Positions 10,109 through 18,350 of a DNA stretch of 64,000 bases are shown piece by piece. The notes beneath the pieces were generated by a model. That model saw nothing but the letters and a program-made list of their open reading frames with translations, was not told the origin of the DNA and searched no databases. Position 1 is the stretch's first letter, and each line of letters opens with the position of its first letter. The position numbers were made by a program, and so were the translations under genes. This stretch comes from an uncultured Peptoniphilaceae bacterium (GTDB lineage: Bacteria; Bacillota; Clostridia; Tissierellales; Peptoniphilaceae), in assembly GCA_964344295.1 (NCBI GenBank), contig CAYFMR010000003.1, positions 54,899 to 118,898 of the forward strand. The letters run 5' to 3'.

Positions 10109-10139
10109 GTTTTCGAAGTAAAAACACAACAGATAGAGA
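10083..10139 (-). promoter_or_regulatory. two putative NrdR boxes
   Basis: ATACTATATGTTGTGG (10083-10098) and ACACAACAGATAGAGA (10124-10139). Each matches 12/16 positions of the NrdR palindrome acaCwAtATaTwGtgt as I recall it. Centres are about 41 bp apart. Box 1 overlaps the -10 and spacer. Confidence 0.5.
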
Positions 10140-10220
10140 AACCTTGTAAGTGGCATGGTGCCTATATTAGGGGGAATGGGTCTCGCATCCCGACAAAAAG
10201 GGGACCAAAGTCCTTAACCG

Positions 10221-10263
10221 ATTTGTAACTTATTTTATTAGGGACTTTCATTAATTTGTAACT
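10221..10263. repeat. 10-bp direct repeat ATTTGTAACT x2, 33 bp apart
   Basis: Exact copies at 10221-10230 and 10254-10263, in the divergent nrdD / SGNH intergenic region. Confidence 0.6.
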
Positions 10264-10307
10264 AAAAGCCCGTGGCGATTCGGTAGAATAAAAGAGGAGG
10301 GATGTCC

Positions 10308-11093
10308 ATGACCAAAAGAAAAAAAGTATGGATCCATCCTAAAGCACGTCTTTTTTTTCTGTGGTGTATCATCGTGGCGGTTGTAGTCGTGACCGGTGTC
10401 ATGTGGAAAGGTGCATTTCAGCGGCAAAACCAGGTGATCGGGGGAGAAGAGTACGGCGAGATGCGTCGGCCGAAAAAAATGTTTGCCTTTGACCAATGCG
10501 AGACCATCTATTGGGAGATGAGACAGCGGGAGCTGGAAGAACGCAGGTCCTTGGGGCATCAAGCGTACTTTGCCAAAGATTTATTTGTCGGCGACTCCAT
10601 TACGCAAGGACTTTTGTATTATCATTATTTGGAGGAAAATCAAGTCTATGCCGTCATTGGCATGAGCTTACAAAGCGCCATGGGTCATGTGGATGAAATG
10701 GTGGCACGAGAGCCTAAGACCATGTATATCATGTTAGGCATGAATGATTTGGATAATGGTCTATCGCCTGAGGCGTTCAAAAAAACTTATGGTAAGCTGA
10801 TCGACCAATTAAGAGAGGCCCTACCCAAGACCAAAATCGTCATCCAAAGTATTACCCCGGTGCAGAAAAAGGTGTATGATAGTCATCCGCACATTACGGA
10901 AGAGAGGATTTCGCAGTATAATGATGCGCTGAAATCATTGGCTGAAGAGAAGGATGTATCCTATATGAGTTTAACCAGGCTCTTTGAAAACGAGGAGGTT
11001 TTCGAAGAGGATGGATTACATGTTGTGTATTCGTTTTACAATGATTATTTAAATGACATAAGAGCGTGGGAGGAAGAGTCGATTGAACGGTAG
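10308..11093 (+). CDS. SGNH/GDSL-family hydrolase/acyl-esterase with N-terminal membrane anchor
   Basis: Block I FVGDSITQG and block III MLGMNDL. N-terminal TM (LFFLWCIIVAVVVVTGV). ATG 10308 has better spacing to GAGGAGG than ATG 10302. Confidence 0.8.
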   Translation: MTKRKKVWIHPKARLFFLWCIIVAVVVVTGVMWKGAFQRQNQVIGGEEYGEMRRPKKMFAFDQCETIYWEMRQRELEERRSLGHQAYFAKDLFVGDSITQGLLYYHYLEENQVYAVIGMSLQSAMGHVDEMVAREPKTMYIMLGMNDLDNGLSPEAFKKTYGKLIDQLREALPKTKIVIQSITPVQKKVYDSHPHITEERISQYNDALKSLAEEKDVSYMSLTRLFENEEVFEEDGLHVVYSFYNDYLNDIRAWEEESIER

Positions 11094-11586
11094 TAAGAGG
11101 TGGAAACAGGTGTGGTTGGCAGTAGGTGTGGGAACGGTCTTGGTCCTGGGTGGTTGCCAATCCGCAACGCCGGAGGAACAACCGGCGTTAGAAGAAAAAG
11201 CAGAGGTCAGCTTTGCCAGTTTGGTTGCGGCGATTCAAGATTACGGTCCCTTGGAAAATGTGGTGTCGGAGCACGAGGGCGCTTTGGAATATTTGGGCGT
11301 AGATGAAAAGCTGCTTCGCAACTACGCGGCATGGCTACCGGAAAAAAATATTATTACCAACCAGATTTTTGTGGGCGAAGCCCCATCTTCGGATGAAGCC
11401 AAGGAAGTGGCAGATGCTCTTTTGGCGCATCAACAGGAACTGGAAGAACTTTACGCCACCTATTTACCGGAACAGGAAAAATTAGCGAAAGATGGAATTG
11501 TGGAACAAAAGGGCAACTTTGTTTTTTTTGTCATCGATGAAGATGCCGATGGACTGTTGGAGGTTTTTCACAACCAGTTTCGCTAG
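11083..11586 (+). CDS. DUF4358-like lipoprotein
   Basis: Signal peptide with lipobox LVLGGC. Small acidic extracytoplasmic protein. TTG start after GGGAGGAAG. The family call comes from typical co-occurrence with MBOAT/DHHW genes and from sequence feel. Confidence 0.6.
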   Translation: MNGSKRWKQVWLAVGVGTVLVLGGCQSATPEEQPALEEKAEVSFASLVAAIQDYGPLENVVSEHEGALEYLGVDEKLLRNYAAWLPEKNIITNQIFVGEAPSSDEAKEVADALLAHQQELEELYATYLPEQEKLAKDGIVEQKGNFVFFVIDEDADGLLEVFHNQFR

Positions 11587-11601
11587 TGACGAGAGGTAAT
11601 C

Positions 11602-12990
11602 ATGGTTTTTAGTAGTATCACGTTTCTCGTGGGATTTTTGCCGTTGGTCCTTTTGGCTTTAAAGGTGTTGCCGCAGCGCTTCCATAACGGAGTGCTGCTT
11701 TTTTTTAGCTTAATCTTTTATGCCTGGGGTGAACCGGTTTATATTCTACTGATGCTGATCGCCATTTTGTGGTCGTATGCATCAGCGAAATGCATCGCTC
11801 GAGCAGAAACGCCACGGCAAAAAAAGTGGCGGCTCATCGCCAGCCTCACCTTGCAAGTGGGGCTATTGGCATTTTTTAAATATGCAGATATGCTCATTGG
11901 GGGCCTGCATCTTTTGGGATGCAAAAGCGTACCCTATTTGCACTTGCCCTTACCTTTAGGGATTAGCTTCTATCTGTTTCAGACCATGAGCTACACCATC
12001 GATGTCTACCGTGGGAAAGTGCAGCCGGCGGCCCGCCTGTTGCCTTACGCCACTTACGTGAGCCTATTTCCCCAGCTGGTGGCAGGGCCAATTGTACGCT
12101 ACGAAACCGTGGCGGAGGAGTTGCGCTCCCGCGTCGTAACTGCCGAGGACACCGTGGCCGGAGCAGAACGGTTTTTGTGGGGGTTAGCTAAAAAGGTGCT
12201 CTTAGCCAACGCCTTTGGGGAGATGCAGCAAAATATCTTAGCCGGTGGAGCGGCATCGCTACCCATGATCACCGCTTGGCTGGCCCTTTGGGCTTTTACG
12301 CTCCAAATCTACTTTGATTTTAGCGGATATTCCGATATGGCCATCGGTATGGGGCGCATGTTTGGCTTTCACTTTTTGGAAAACTTCAACTACCCCTACA
12401 TAGCCTATTCCGTGCGAGATTTTTGGAAACGCTGGCACATGAGCTTGTCCTCCTGGTTCCAGGAATATGTGTACATCCCTTTGGGAGGCAATCGCTGTAC
12501 ACCAAGTCGCAATGCGTTTAACCTGCTCTTGACTTGGTTTTTGACCGGCCTTTGGCACGGAGCACATGTCAACTTTATCCTCTGGGGACTCTATTATGGC
12601 GTACTCCTCTTAATCGAGCGACGACGTCCGCCTCGCCAAGAACGGTTTTTGTCCCATCAGGTGGGGACTTTTCTCCTCGTGTGTTTGGGGTGGGCCATCT
12701 TTATGATGACTGACTTAGGAGAATTGAGCGTCTTCTTCAAGGCGCTGTTTCACCTAAACGGCATGGGCTACTTGGATGCCGTAGGACGTTTTTATACCCG
12801 CCACTACTTGCCTTTATGGCTGATGGGGATCGTAGCCTCGCGTCCCGAACCCATGGCCGGCCTTTTGCGGCTGCGTGAAAAAAAGGGGGGAGAAATCCTC
12901 TGCCAGGCACTGCTGATCGTCCTTTTTTTCTTTTCCCTAGCCGCTTTGGTTTGGGATCAGTACAATCCATTTTTATATTTTCGATTTTAG
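11602..12990 (+). CDS. MBOAT-family membrane-bound O-acyltransferase (AlgI/DltB/PatA-like)
   Basis: Polytopic, 462 aa. Conserved blocks FDFSGYSDMAIG, RDFWKRWHMSLS and the catalytic-His region LTWFLTGLWHGA. Confidence 0.9.
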   Translation: MVFSSITFLVGFLPLVLLALKVLPQRFHNGVLLFFSLIFYAWGEPVYILLMLIAILWSYASAKCIARAETPRQKKWRLIASLTLQVGLLAFFKYADMLIGGLHLLGCKSVPYLHLPLPLGISFYLFQTMSYTIDVYRGKVQPAARLLPYATYVSLFPQLVAGPIVRYETVAEELRSRVVTAEDTVAGAERFLWGLAKKVLLANAFGEMQQNILAGGAASLPMITAWLALWAFTLQIYFDFSGYSDMAIGMGRMFGFHFLENFNYPYIAYSVRDFWKRWHMSLSSWFQEYVYIPLGGNRCTPSRNAFNLLLTWFLTGLWHGAHVNFILWGLYYGVLLLIERRRPPRQERFLSHQVGTFLLVCLGWAIFMMTDLGELSVFFKALFHLNGMGYLDAVGRFYTRHYLPLWLMGIVASRPEPMAGLLRLREKKGGEILCQALLIVLFFFSLAALVWDQYNPFLYFRF

Positions 12991-12999
12991 GAGGTGCCC

Positions 13000-14103
13000 A
13001 TGAAAAAAATGTTTCCCATCGTGGCCTTTGCCACCTTATTGGCTTTACTCGTGGGCAGTCTGGCCCATACGCCACGGAATTTTTCTGAAAAAGAAAATCG
13101 CAGCTTGCAAACCACAGTGGCATGCAAACCACGAGATCTGCGCTCCGGTCGCACCATGGAGACAGCAGAGACCTACCTGTCTGACCAACTGCCGTTTCGC
13201 GATGACTTTGTGGCTGCGTACATGCGGGCGGGAGTGAGGCTGGGGAAAGTGCTCAGCCGTGACGTGTACCTAGGCCAAGACGGCCGCCTCATGCAGCGCT
13301 TTACAGCGCCGGATGAGACCATGCGTCAGGAAATCTACCAAGCGCTCACCGATTTTCGCGCCCGCCATTCTCAAGTACCGATGACTCTGATGGTGGCGAC
13401 CACCGCCTTTGCCGTGTACCCGGAAAGTTTGCCGGTAGATGCTTACGGTTCTTTGGAATCGGCCTTTGTGGAAGAACTGCAAGGCAATCTGACGGACTAT
13501 GACCACCTGTTGCTATTGCCCTTAATGGACACTCAGCGAAAAGAAGCCTACTACTTTAAAACGGACCACCATTGGACGGCAGATGGCGCCTTTATTGCAG
13601 CCTCAGCTTACGCGAGTCAGCGCGGCTTCACCCCCTGGTCTCTAGATGCCTTTACGGTACAAGAGTCGGCGCGCCCCTTTTATGGCTCTTTGATGGCCCG
13701 CAGTGGCTTTTACCATGTCCCGGGAGACCAGTTTCGCTACTACGAGCCGCCGATGCTCGATGAACTCGTGGTCCAAAATGCCGAAGGAGACAAGGTGCCT
13801 CTTTTCAACCGAGACATGCTGGACACCAGAGACCAGTACGCCCTGTTTTTAGGCGGTAACGACGCCAAGGTGACTATCGTCAATCCGACGGTGTCTCAAG
13901 GCAGCCTCGTGGTGATCAAAGACAGCTATGCTAATGCGGTGATCCCCTTTCTCACACCTTATTACCATAAAATCACCGTCCTGGATCCTCGGTACTGTCG
14001 CGGCGGGGTGGACCAATACCTGCCGGAAAAACCGGACGAGATTCTCTTTCTGATGAACGCCATCAGTTTTGCAGAAGGGCAGTGGATCAAAAATGTCATG
14101 TGA
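13000..14103 (+). CDS. DHHW-family protein, membrane-anchored extracytoplasmic
   Basis: Contains the eponymous motif (YYFKTDHHWTADGA). N-terminal TM or signal anchor. ATG 13000 lies 6 nt after AGGAGG. Confidence 0.8.
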   Translation: MKKMFPIVAFATLLALLVGSLAHTPRNFSEKENRSLQTTVACKPRDLRSGRTMETAETYLSDQLPFRDDFVAAYMRAGVRLGKVLSRDVYLGQDGRLMQRFTAPDETMRQEIYQALTDFRARHSQVPMTLMVATTAFAVYPESLPVDAYGSLESAFVEELQGNLTDYDHLLLLPLMDTQRKEAYYFKTDHHWTADGAFIAASAYASQRGFTPWSLDAFTVQESARPFYGSLMARSGFYHVPGDQFRYYEPPMLDELVVQNAEGDKVPLFNRDMLDTRDQYALFLGGNDAKVTIVNPTVSQGSLVVIKDSYANAVIPFLTPYYHKITVLDPRYCRGGVDQYLPEKPDEILFLMNAISFAEGQWIKNVM

Positions 14104-14133
14104 AAAACCTACCGTTCTCGGTAGGTTTTTTTG
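14104..14133 (+). terminator. intrinsic terminator after the DHHW gene
   Basis: AAAACCTACCG / CGGTAGGTTTT hairpin followed by a T-run. Confidence 0.8.
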
Positions 14134-14204
14134 TATCCTTTGTGTAAAATAAAAGGACTAGGGTAATCAATGACTAAAGTAGAGTAGGAAAGAGGAGTGG
14201 TCTT

Positions 14205-15089
14205 TTGAGTGGTGGATGGCTAGTATTTTTGACGTATGTGTTATGGGGGTTTCTGGCAGCTTATTGGACGATCTTTTCCAATGTGGACCCTCTGTTTATC
14301 TTGTCCAATCGAATTTTATGGTCCCTGATTCTGTGTTACCTCATGCTGCGATGCAAAGGCCAGGCATCGGCGATCAAAGAGACCTTAAAAGACAAAAAAC
14401 AGCGGCGATTGCTCTTTTGGGCAGGGATTGTGGTTACGATCAACTGGGGCTCTTTTATCATTGCGGTGATGGGCGGTCACATTTTGGACGCCTCGTTGGC
14501 CTACTACATCTGTCCTATTTTCTCCGTTCTCTTGGCCTTTTTTGTCTATGGAGAAAAATTTCGCACCATGCAATGGATCGCCTTTATCCTGGCGATGATT
14601 GGCGTGTGTATTCCCATCATCAAATACGGAAAAGTGCCTGTGTTTGCCCTGACCATCGCCATCAGCTTTGCCGTCTACGGCGCCATCAAAAAGCAAGTCA
14701 CCGTCTCCGGCATCACGAGCATTTTTACGGAGACGATGTGGGTCTTGCCGTTGGCCCTGATTTATATGGGCCTGTACGGTCAACATGCCGGTATGGAAAG
14801 CTGGCAGTGGTGGGTATTACCCACGACGGGAATCGTCACCAGCGTGCCGTTGATCTTATTTGCCAAAGGGGTCCAAACAACTCCTTTGTCACTCACCGGC
14901 ATCTTAATGTACGTTAACCCTACGATACAATTCCTCATAGGTGTTTTTGTGTACCATGAACCCTTTACGACGATGCATGCATGGATGTTCGCCTTCGTCT
15001 GGACCGGCGTCATCTTGTTCATCGTCGATGGTTTACGAGCCCACCATAGGGGAGCTACCCCGATTGAATTGAACAAAGGAGGTCAATGA
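14205..15089 (+). CDS. rarD: EamA/DMT-superfamily transporter, RarD-like
   Basis: Ten predicted TM segments. N-terminus GWLVFLTYVLWGF..YW is typical of RarD. TTG start 7 nt after GAGGAG. Confidence 0.75.
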   Translation: MSGGWLVFLTYVLWGFLAAYWTIFSNVDPLFILSNRILWSLILCYLMLRCKGQASAIKETLKDKKQRRLLFWAGIVVTINWGSFIIAVMGGHILDASLAYYICPIFSVLLAFFVYGEKFRTMQWIAFILAMIGVCIPIIKYGKVPVFALTIAISFAVYGAIKKQVTVSGITSIFTETMWVLPLALIYMGLYGQHAGMESWQWWVLPTTGIVTSVPLILFAKGVQTTPLSLTGILMYVNPTIQFLIGVFVYHEPFTTMHAWMFAFVWTGVILFIVDGLRAHHRGATPIELNKGGQ

Positions 15090-15090
15090 G

Positions 15091-16359
15091 ATGGAAAACT
15101 ATGCAACCATATTACAAAAAGAGCTGATTCCCGCCTTTGGCTGTACGGAGCCCATCGCCTTAGCCTATGCGGCCGCTAAGGTGACAGAAGTCCTGGGCGA
15201 AGTGCCGGAACACCTACTTGTGCGAGCAAGTGGCAACATCATCAAAAATGTAAAAAGCGTCATCGTGCCTGGCTCTGGCGGAGAACGAGGTATTGAAATC
15301 TCAGCGGCCTTAGGAGCGATTGCCGGAGATGCCGCCAAAAAGTTGGAGGTCCTTAACGGCATGGACAAACAAGCCGTGGAAAAAGCCAAAGGAAAAGTAG
15401 CCGAAGGCTATGTGGACGTGGAACTGGTGGAAGGGGAAGTGAACCTTTACATCGAAGTCAAAGGCACCTACGGCGAAGATGAGGCCGTAGTCACTTTGGC
15501 AGACAGCCACACCAACATCGTCTATGTGGAAAAAAACGGTAAAGTCTTAGAGAAAAAAGTGATGGAAAAAGGCAAAGAGGAAGTCTACGATTACTCCTTT
15601 GACGACATCTGGGATTATGCTAAAACGGCTCCCATTGAACCGGTTAAAGACATCCTGGACTTACAAATCAGCTACAACAGCGCCATTGCCGAAGAAGGGA
15701 TGGCCCATGCCTACGGAGCGGAAATCGGCCGCATCCTCTTGGAAGACCGACCGGACAACCTGGAACGAGAAATGATTGCCTACGCTGCAGCAGGCTCCGA
15801 TGCGCGCATGAGCGGCAGTGAAATGCCCGTAGTCATCAACTCCGGCTCCGGCAACCAAGGCATCACCGTCTCCGTGCCCTTGATTGTCTATGCGCGAGCC
15901 AATGGCTTGGAAGGGGAACCACTGTACCGAGCCCTGATGTTTGCCAACCTGATCGGCCTTTACCTCAAACAAGGCATTGGTCGTTTAAGCGCCTACTGTG
16001 GAGCGGTCTCCGCCGCATCGGCTGCTATGGCGGGACTGGCGTTTCTCAAAGGCGACTCCAAGGAGATTGCCGCCATGGCCCTCACCAACAGCCTGGCAGG
16101 AAACTCGGGGCTGATCTGTGATGGAGCCAAGGCCTCCTGTGCCATGAAAATTGCCAGCTCTCTTCACAATGCTCTCATTAGCTACAAACAAGCCCAAGCG
16201 GGCCACAGCTTCCACCCAGGCGACGGCATTGTACACACCAACGTGGACGAAACCATTGCCACCGTGGGCCACATTGCCAAATACGGCATGAAGACCACCG
16301 ACGTCGTCATCCTAAACGAAATGATCGGCAACCGTGACTACATGCAAAGCCTAGAATAA
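15091..16359 (+). CDS. UPF0597/YhaM(CyuA)-family L-cysteine desulfidase-like protein (serine dehydratase alpha-like fold)
   Basis: N-terminal FGCTEPIALAYAAA motif. Gly/Ala-rich core with conserved Cys residues (SAYCGA, ICDGAKASCAMK). Starts 1 nt after the rarD stop. Confidence 0.75.
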   Translation: MENYATILQKELIPAFGCTEPIALAYAAAKVTEVLGEVPEHLLVRASGNIIKNVKSVIVPGSGGERGIEISAALGAIAGDAAKKLEVLNGMDKQAVEKAKGKVAEGYVDVELVEGEVNLYIEVKGTYGEDEAVVTLADSHTNIVYVEKNGKVLEKKVMEKGKEEVYDYSFDDIWDYAKTAPIEPVKDILDLQISYNSAIAEEGMAHAYGAEIGRILLEDRPDNLEREMIAYAAAGSDARMSGSEMPVVINSGSGNQGITVSVPLIVYARANGLEGEPLYRALMFANLIGLYLKQGIGRLSAYCGAVSAASAAMAGLAFLKGDSKEIAAMALTNSLAGNSGLICDGAKASCAMKIASSLHNALISYKQAQAGHSFHPGDGIVHTNVDETIATVGHIAKYGMKTTDVVILNEMIGNRDYMQSLE

Positions 16360-16375
16360 ACGCAACTACGCAACG

Positions 16376-16420
16376 AAAAAGTGCTGCTTCGTCGACTGGA
16401 CGGGCAGCACTTTTTTATTT
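16376..16420. terminator. bidirectional terminator between convergent genes
   Basis: GTGCTGC (16381-16387) pairs with GCAGCAC (16405-16411). Flanked by an A-run and a T6 run. Confidence 0.75.
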
Positions 16421-16429
16421 TGAGCAGGC

Positions 16430-17128
16430 TTATTGGGGATCGTGTAAGCGGAACTCTTCTTGCAACGTCAAGCGGCTTTCCTGCATATGCCATTCTTGAA
16501 TCGCGTCTTGCAGCCTTTGCTCCTCAGCAGCTATGGCCACAGGATCTTCCACCATGGGGCGGGCGTTTAAGGGGAAATTCGCCTCGTTATCCTGGATGTG
16601 TTGCAGAAGCTCCTCCGTGAGCTCCTGAAAATCTTGCTGTTCCTCCGGGCTTAGCGTGGCATGCTCATCGGGCATGGGCAGGGAGAAGATGGCATCTTCA
16701 TCGGCCACCTTGTAAATCTCCATGGCGTAGAGGAGCATACGCTCATCCATGGTCGGCCCCCAAGAAGTCAGCCAATCGACCAGATGAGCATCCAAGACGC
16801 GTAGCGTCTCCACCGGTATGGGAAAGAACATTTGGGCGACGAGCATATCGTGTACCATGGCCTCTTTTTCCTCAGTAAAGGCCCGTTCATTTTCTTCCAG
16901 ATAATAAGCCAGAGATTCTTCGTCCAACACCTGACCCTCATTTTGATAGCCTTCCTTGATTTGCAAGGTCAGTTGTTTGTGATGGACTCTTTGGGCGCAA
17001 GTCATCTCCTCTACGGTGAGCTCACCATAGCGACGAATGTAACCGTACAAGAGCTCCGGCGTCGTATGATATTGTTGATGCCAATAGGCGACGGTGGCCT
17101 CGGCCCAAGCTTGTAATATGGGATCCAT
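16430..17128 (-). CDS. hypothetical, strongly acidic cytoplasmic protein (232 aa)
   Basis: Long ORF with good SD (AAAGGAG, 7 nt) before ATG 17128. I recognise no family motif. No TM or signal peptide. Confidence 0.6.
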   Translation of the reverse strand: MDPILQAWAEATVAYWHQQYHTTPELLYGYIRRYGELTVEEMTCAQRVHHKQLTLQIKEGYQNEGQVLDEESLAYYLEENERAFTEEKEAMVHDMLVAQMFFPIPVETLRVLDAHLVDWLTSWGPTMDERMLLYAMEIYKVADEDAIFSLPMPDEHATLSPEEQQDFQELTEELLQHIQDNEANFPLNARPMVEDPVAIAAEEQRLQDAIQEWHMQESRLTLQEEFRLHDPQ

Positions 17129-17231
17129 AAAGTTCACTCCTTTGGTGTCATTATACCACAGAGTGCGAGCCATCTTACAGTCGATCGGCTCCCACAGGAA
17201 AAAGGTATGCAGGATAAAAAAGTGACCCACC

Positions 17232-17261
17232 TTGCAGAAAATGGCGGGACTGTGGTACAAT
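17232..17261 (+). promoter_or_regulatory. sigma-A-type promoter of the LCP gene
   Basis: TTGCAG (17232-17237), 18-nt spacer, TGgTACAAT extended -10 (17253-17261). Confidence 0.5.
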
Positions 17262-17285
17262 AAGGTTCTGAAATGGAGGCTTCAA

Positions 17286-18302
17286 ATGAAACGCTTTTTA
17301 ATCAGCTTTTTAATCACCGCCATCGTCTTAGTGGGCGTGATTTTTTACTTTCAATACGAAGTCATGGACCTGCTGCACTTTGCTATCGGCGGATCCTTAG
17401 AACCTGGCGAACGCTACACTGCTGATGACGGCAGAGAGGAACTGGTAGTTCTCTTAATGGGCATTGACCGCGATCCGGATCGGGACATCGAAAACCAGGG
17501 CATCCCCATGATCAAAGAAAAAGCGGAAGAAGTGGAAGGAAAACTTAGAGGAGAACAATACTTCAGAACCGGTAACCGCTCTGACACCATCTACCTAGGC
17601 AAATTTAACAAGAGAACCGGCGAAGTAGTACTCGTATCCATTCCCCGAGACACGTTAACCTCCATCACCTACCGCGGCGAAGAGGACAAAATCAACGCAG
17701 CTATGTCCTGGGACGGCCCTTATGGAGCCCTGGAAACCGTACGCAACTTAACCGGCGTAGACGTGGAATACATGGTCGTCTTTGACTACGACGTGGTGAG
17801 AGAAATGGTTGACATCCTAGGCGGTGTCGAAGTCGAAGTACCCTTTGCCATGCAATACGACGACCCTACCGACAACCCGCCCCTGCACATCGACCTGCAG
17901 CCCGGTTTGCAAACCTTAAACGGTAAAGAAGCCATCGGTTTTTGCCGATGGCGTCATAACAACGACTACTCTGTCCAATACGATCGTGGCGACGTAGATC
18001 GGGTGGACACCCAACAATACTTTATGAAGCAATTCGTCAAAGAGGCTCTCAAGGCCAAAAACCTGCCCAAAGTCTACCGCTTGGCAGACACCGTATTTAA
18101 GTCGGCCTACACCAACCTGCCCAAGGTGGAAATCTTCTCCGCCGGCGCGGCCGTTCCGCGACTGGACCTAGACTCCATGCGCACTGAAACCATCCCGGGA
18201 GACAACGCCTACATCAACGGCATTTCCTACTTCCTGCCGGATCAGGGCGGTACACAGACTCTCATGGAAGACATCTTTGCCGACCACCTCATCAACCGTT
18301 AA
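17286..18302 (+). CDS. LytR-CpsA-Psr (LCP) family glycopolymer ligase
   Basis: N-terminal TM. LCP core blocks (RSDTIYL.., VSIPRDT, NAAMSWDG). ATG 17286 lies 6 nt after GGAGG. Confidence 0.88.
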   Translation: MKRFLISFLITAIVLVGVIFYFQYEVMDLLHFAIGGSLEPGERYTADDGREELVVLLMGIDRDPDRDIENQGIPMIKEKAEEVEGKLRGEQYFRTGNRSDTIYLGKFNKRTGEVVLVSIPRDTLTSITYRGEEDKINAAMSWDGPYGALETVRNLTGVDVEYMVVFDYDVVREMVDILGGVEVEVPFAMQYDDPTDNPPLHIDLQPGLQTLNGKEAIGFCRWRHNNDYSVQYDRGDVDRVDTQQYFMKQFVKEALKAKNLPKVYRLADTVFKSAYTNLPKVEIFSAGAAVPRLDLDSMRTETIPGDNAYINGISYFLPDQGGTQTLMEDIFADHLINR

Positions 18303-18309
18303 AACAACC

Positions 18310-18339
18310 AAAACCCTGTTCGACAGAACAGGGTTTTTA
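18310..18339. terminator. bidirectional terminator
   Basis: CCCTGTTC / GAACAGGG hairpin flanked by an A-run and a T-run. Confidence 0.8.
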
Positions 18340-18350
18340 ATATGCTCCCA

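Noticed and set aside
14132-14148. TGTATC-N5-TGTAAA upstream of rarD, a WalR-like site
   Set aside because: It has one mismatch in the first half-site, sits directly on the terminator T-run in AT-rich DNA, and rarD has no functional link to wall turnover. It is probably chance.
14216-14917. 233-aa ORF in an alternative frame inside rarD
   Set aside because: It overlaps the transporter gene on the same strand. Its composition is Arg/His/Gly-rich, typical of an off-frame read-through of a GC-moderate membrane gene. It has no SD.
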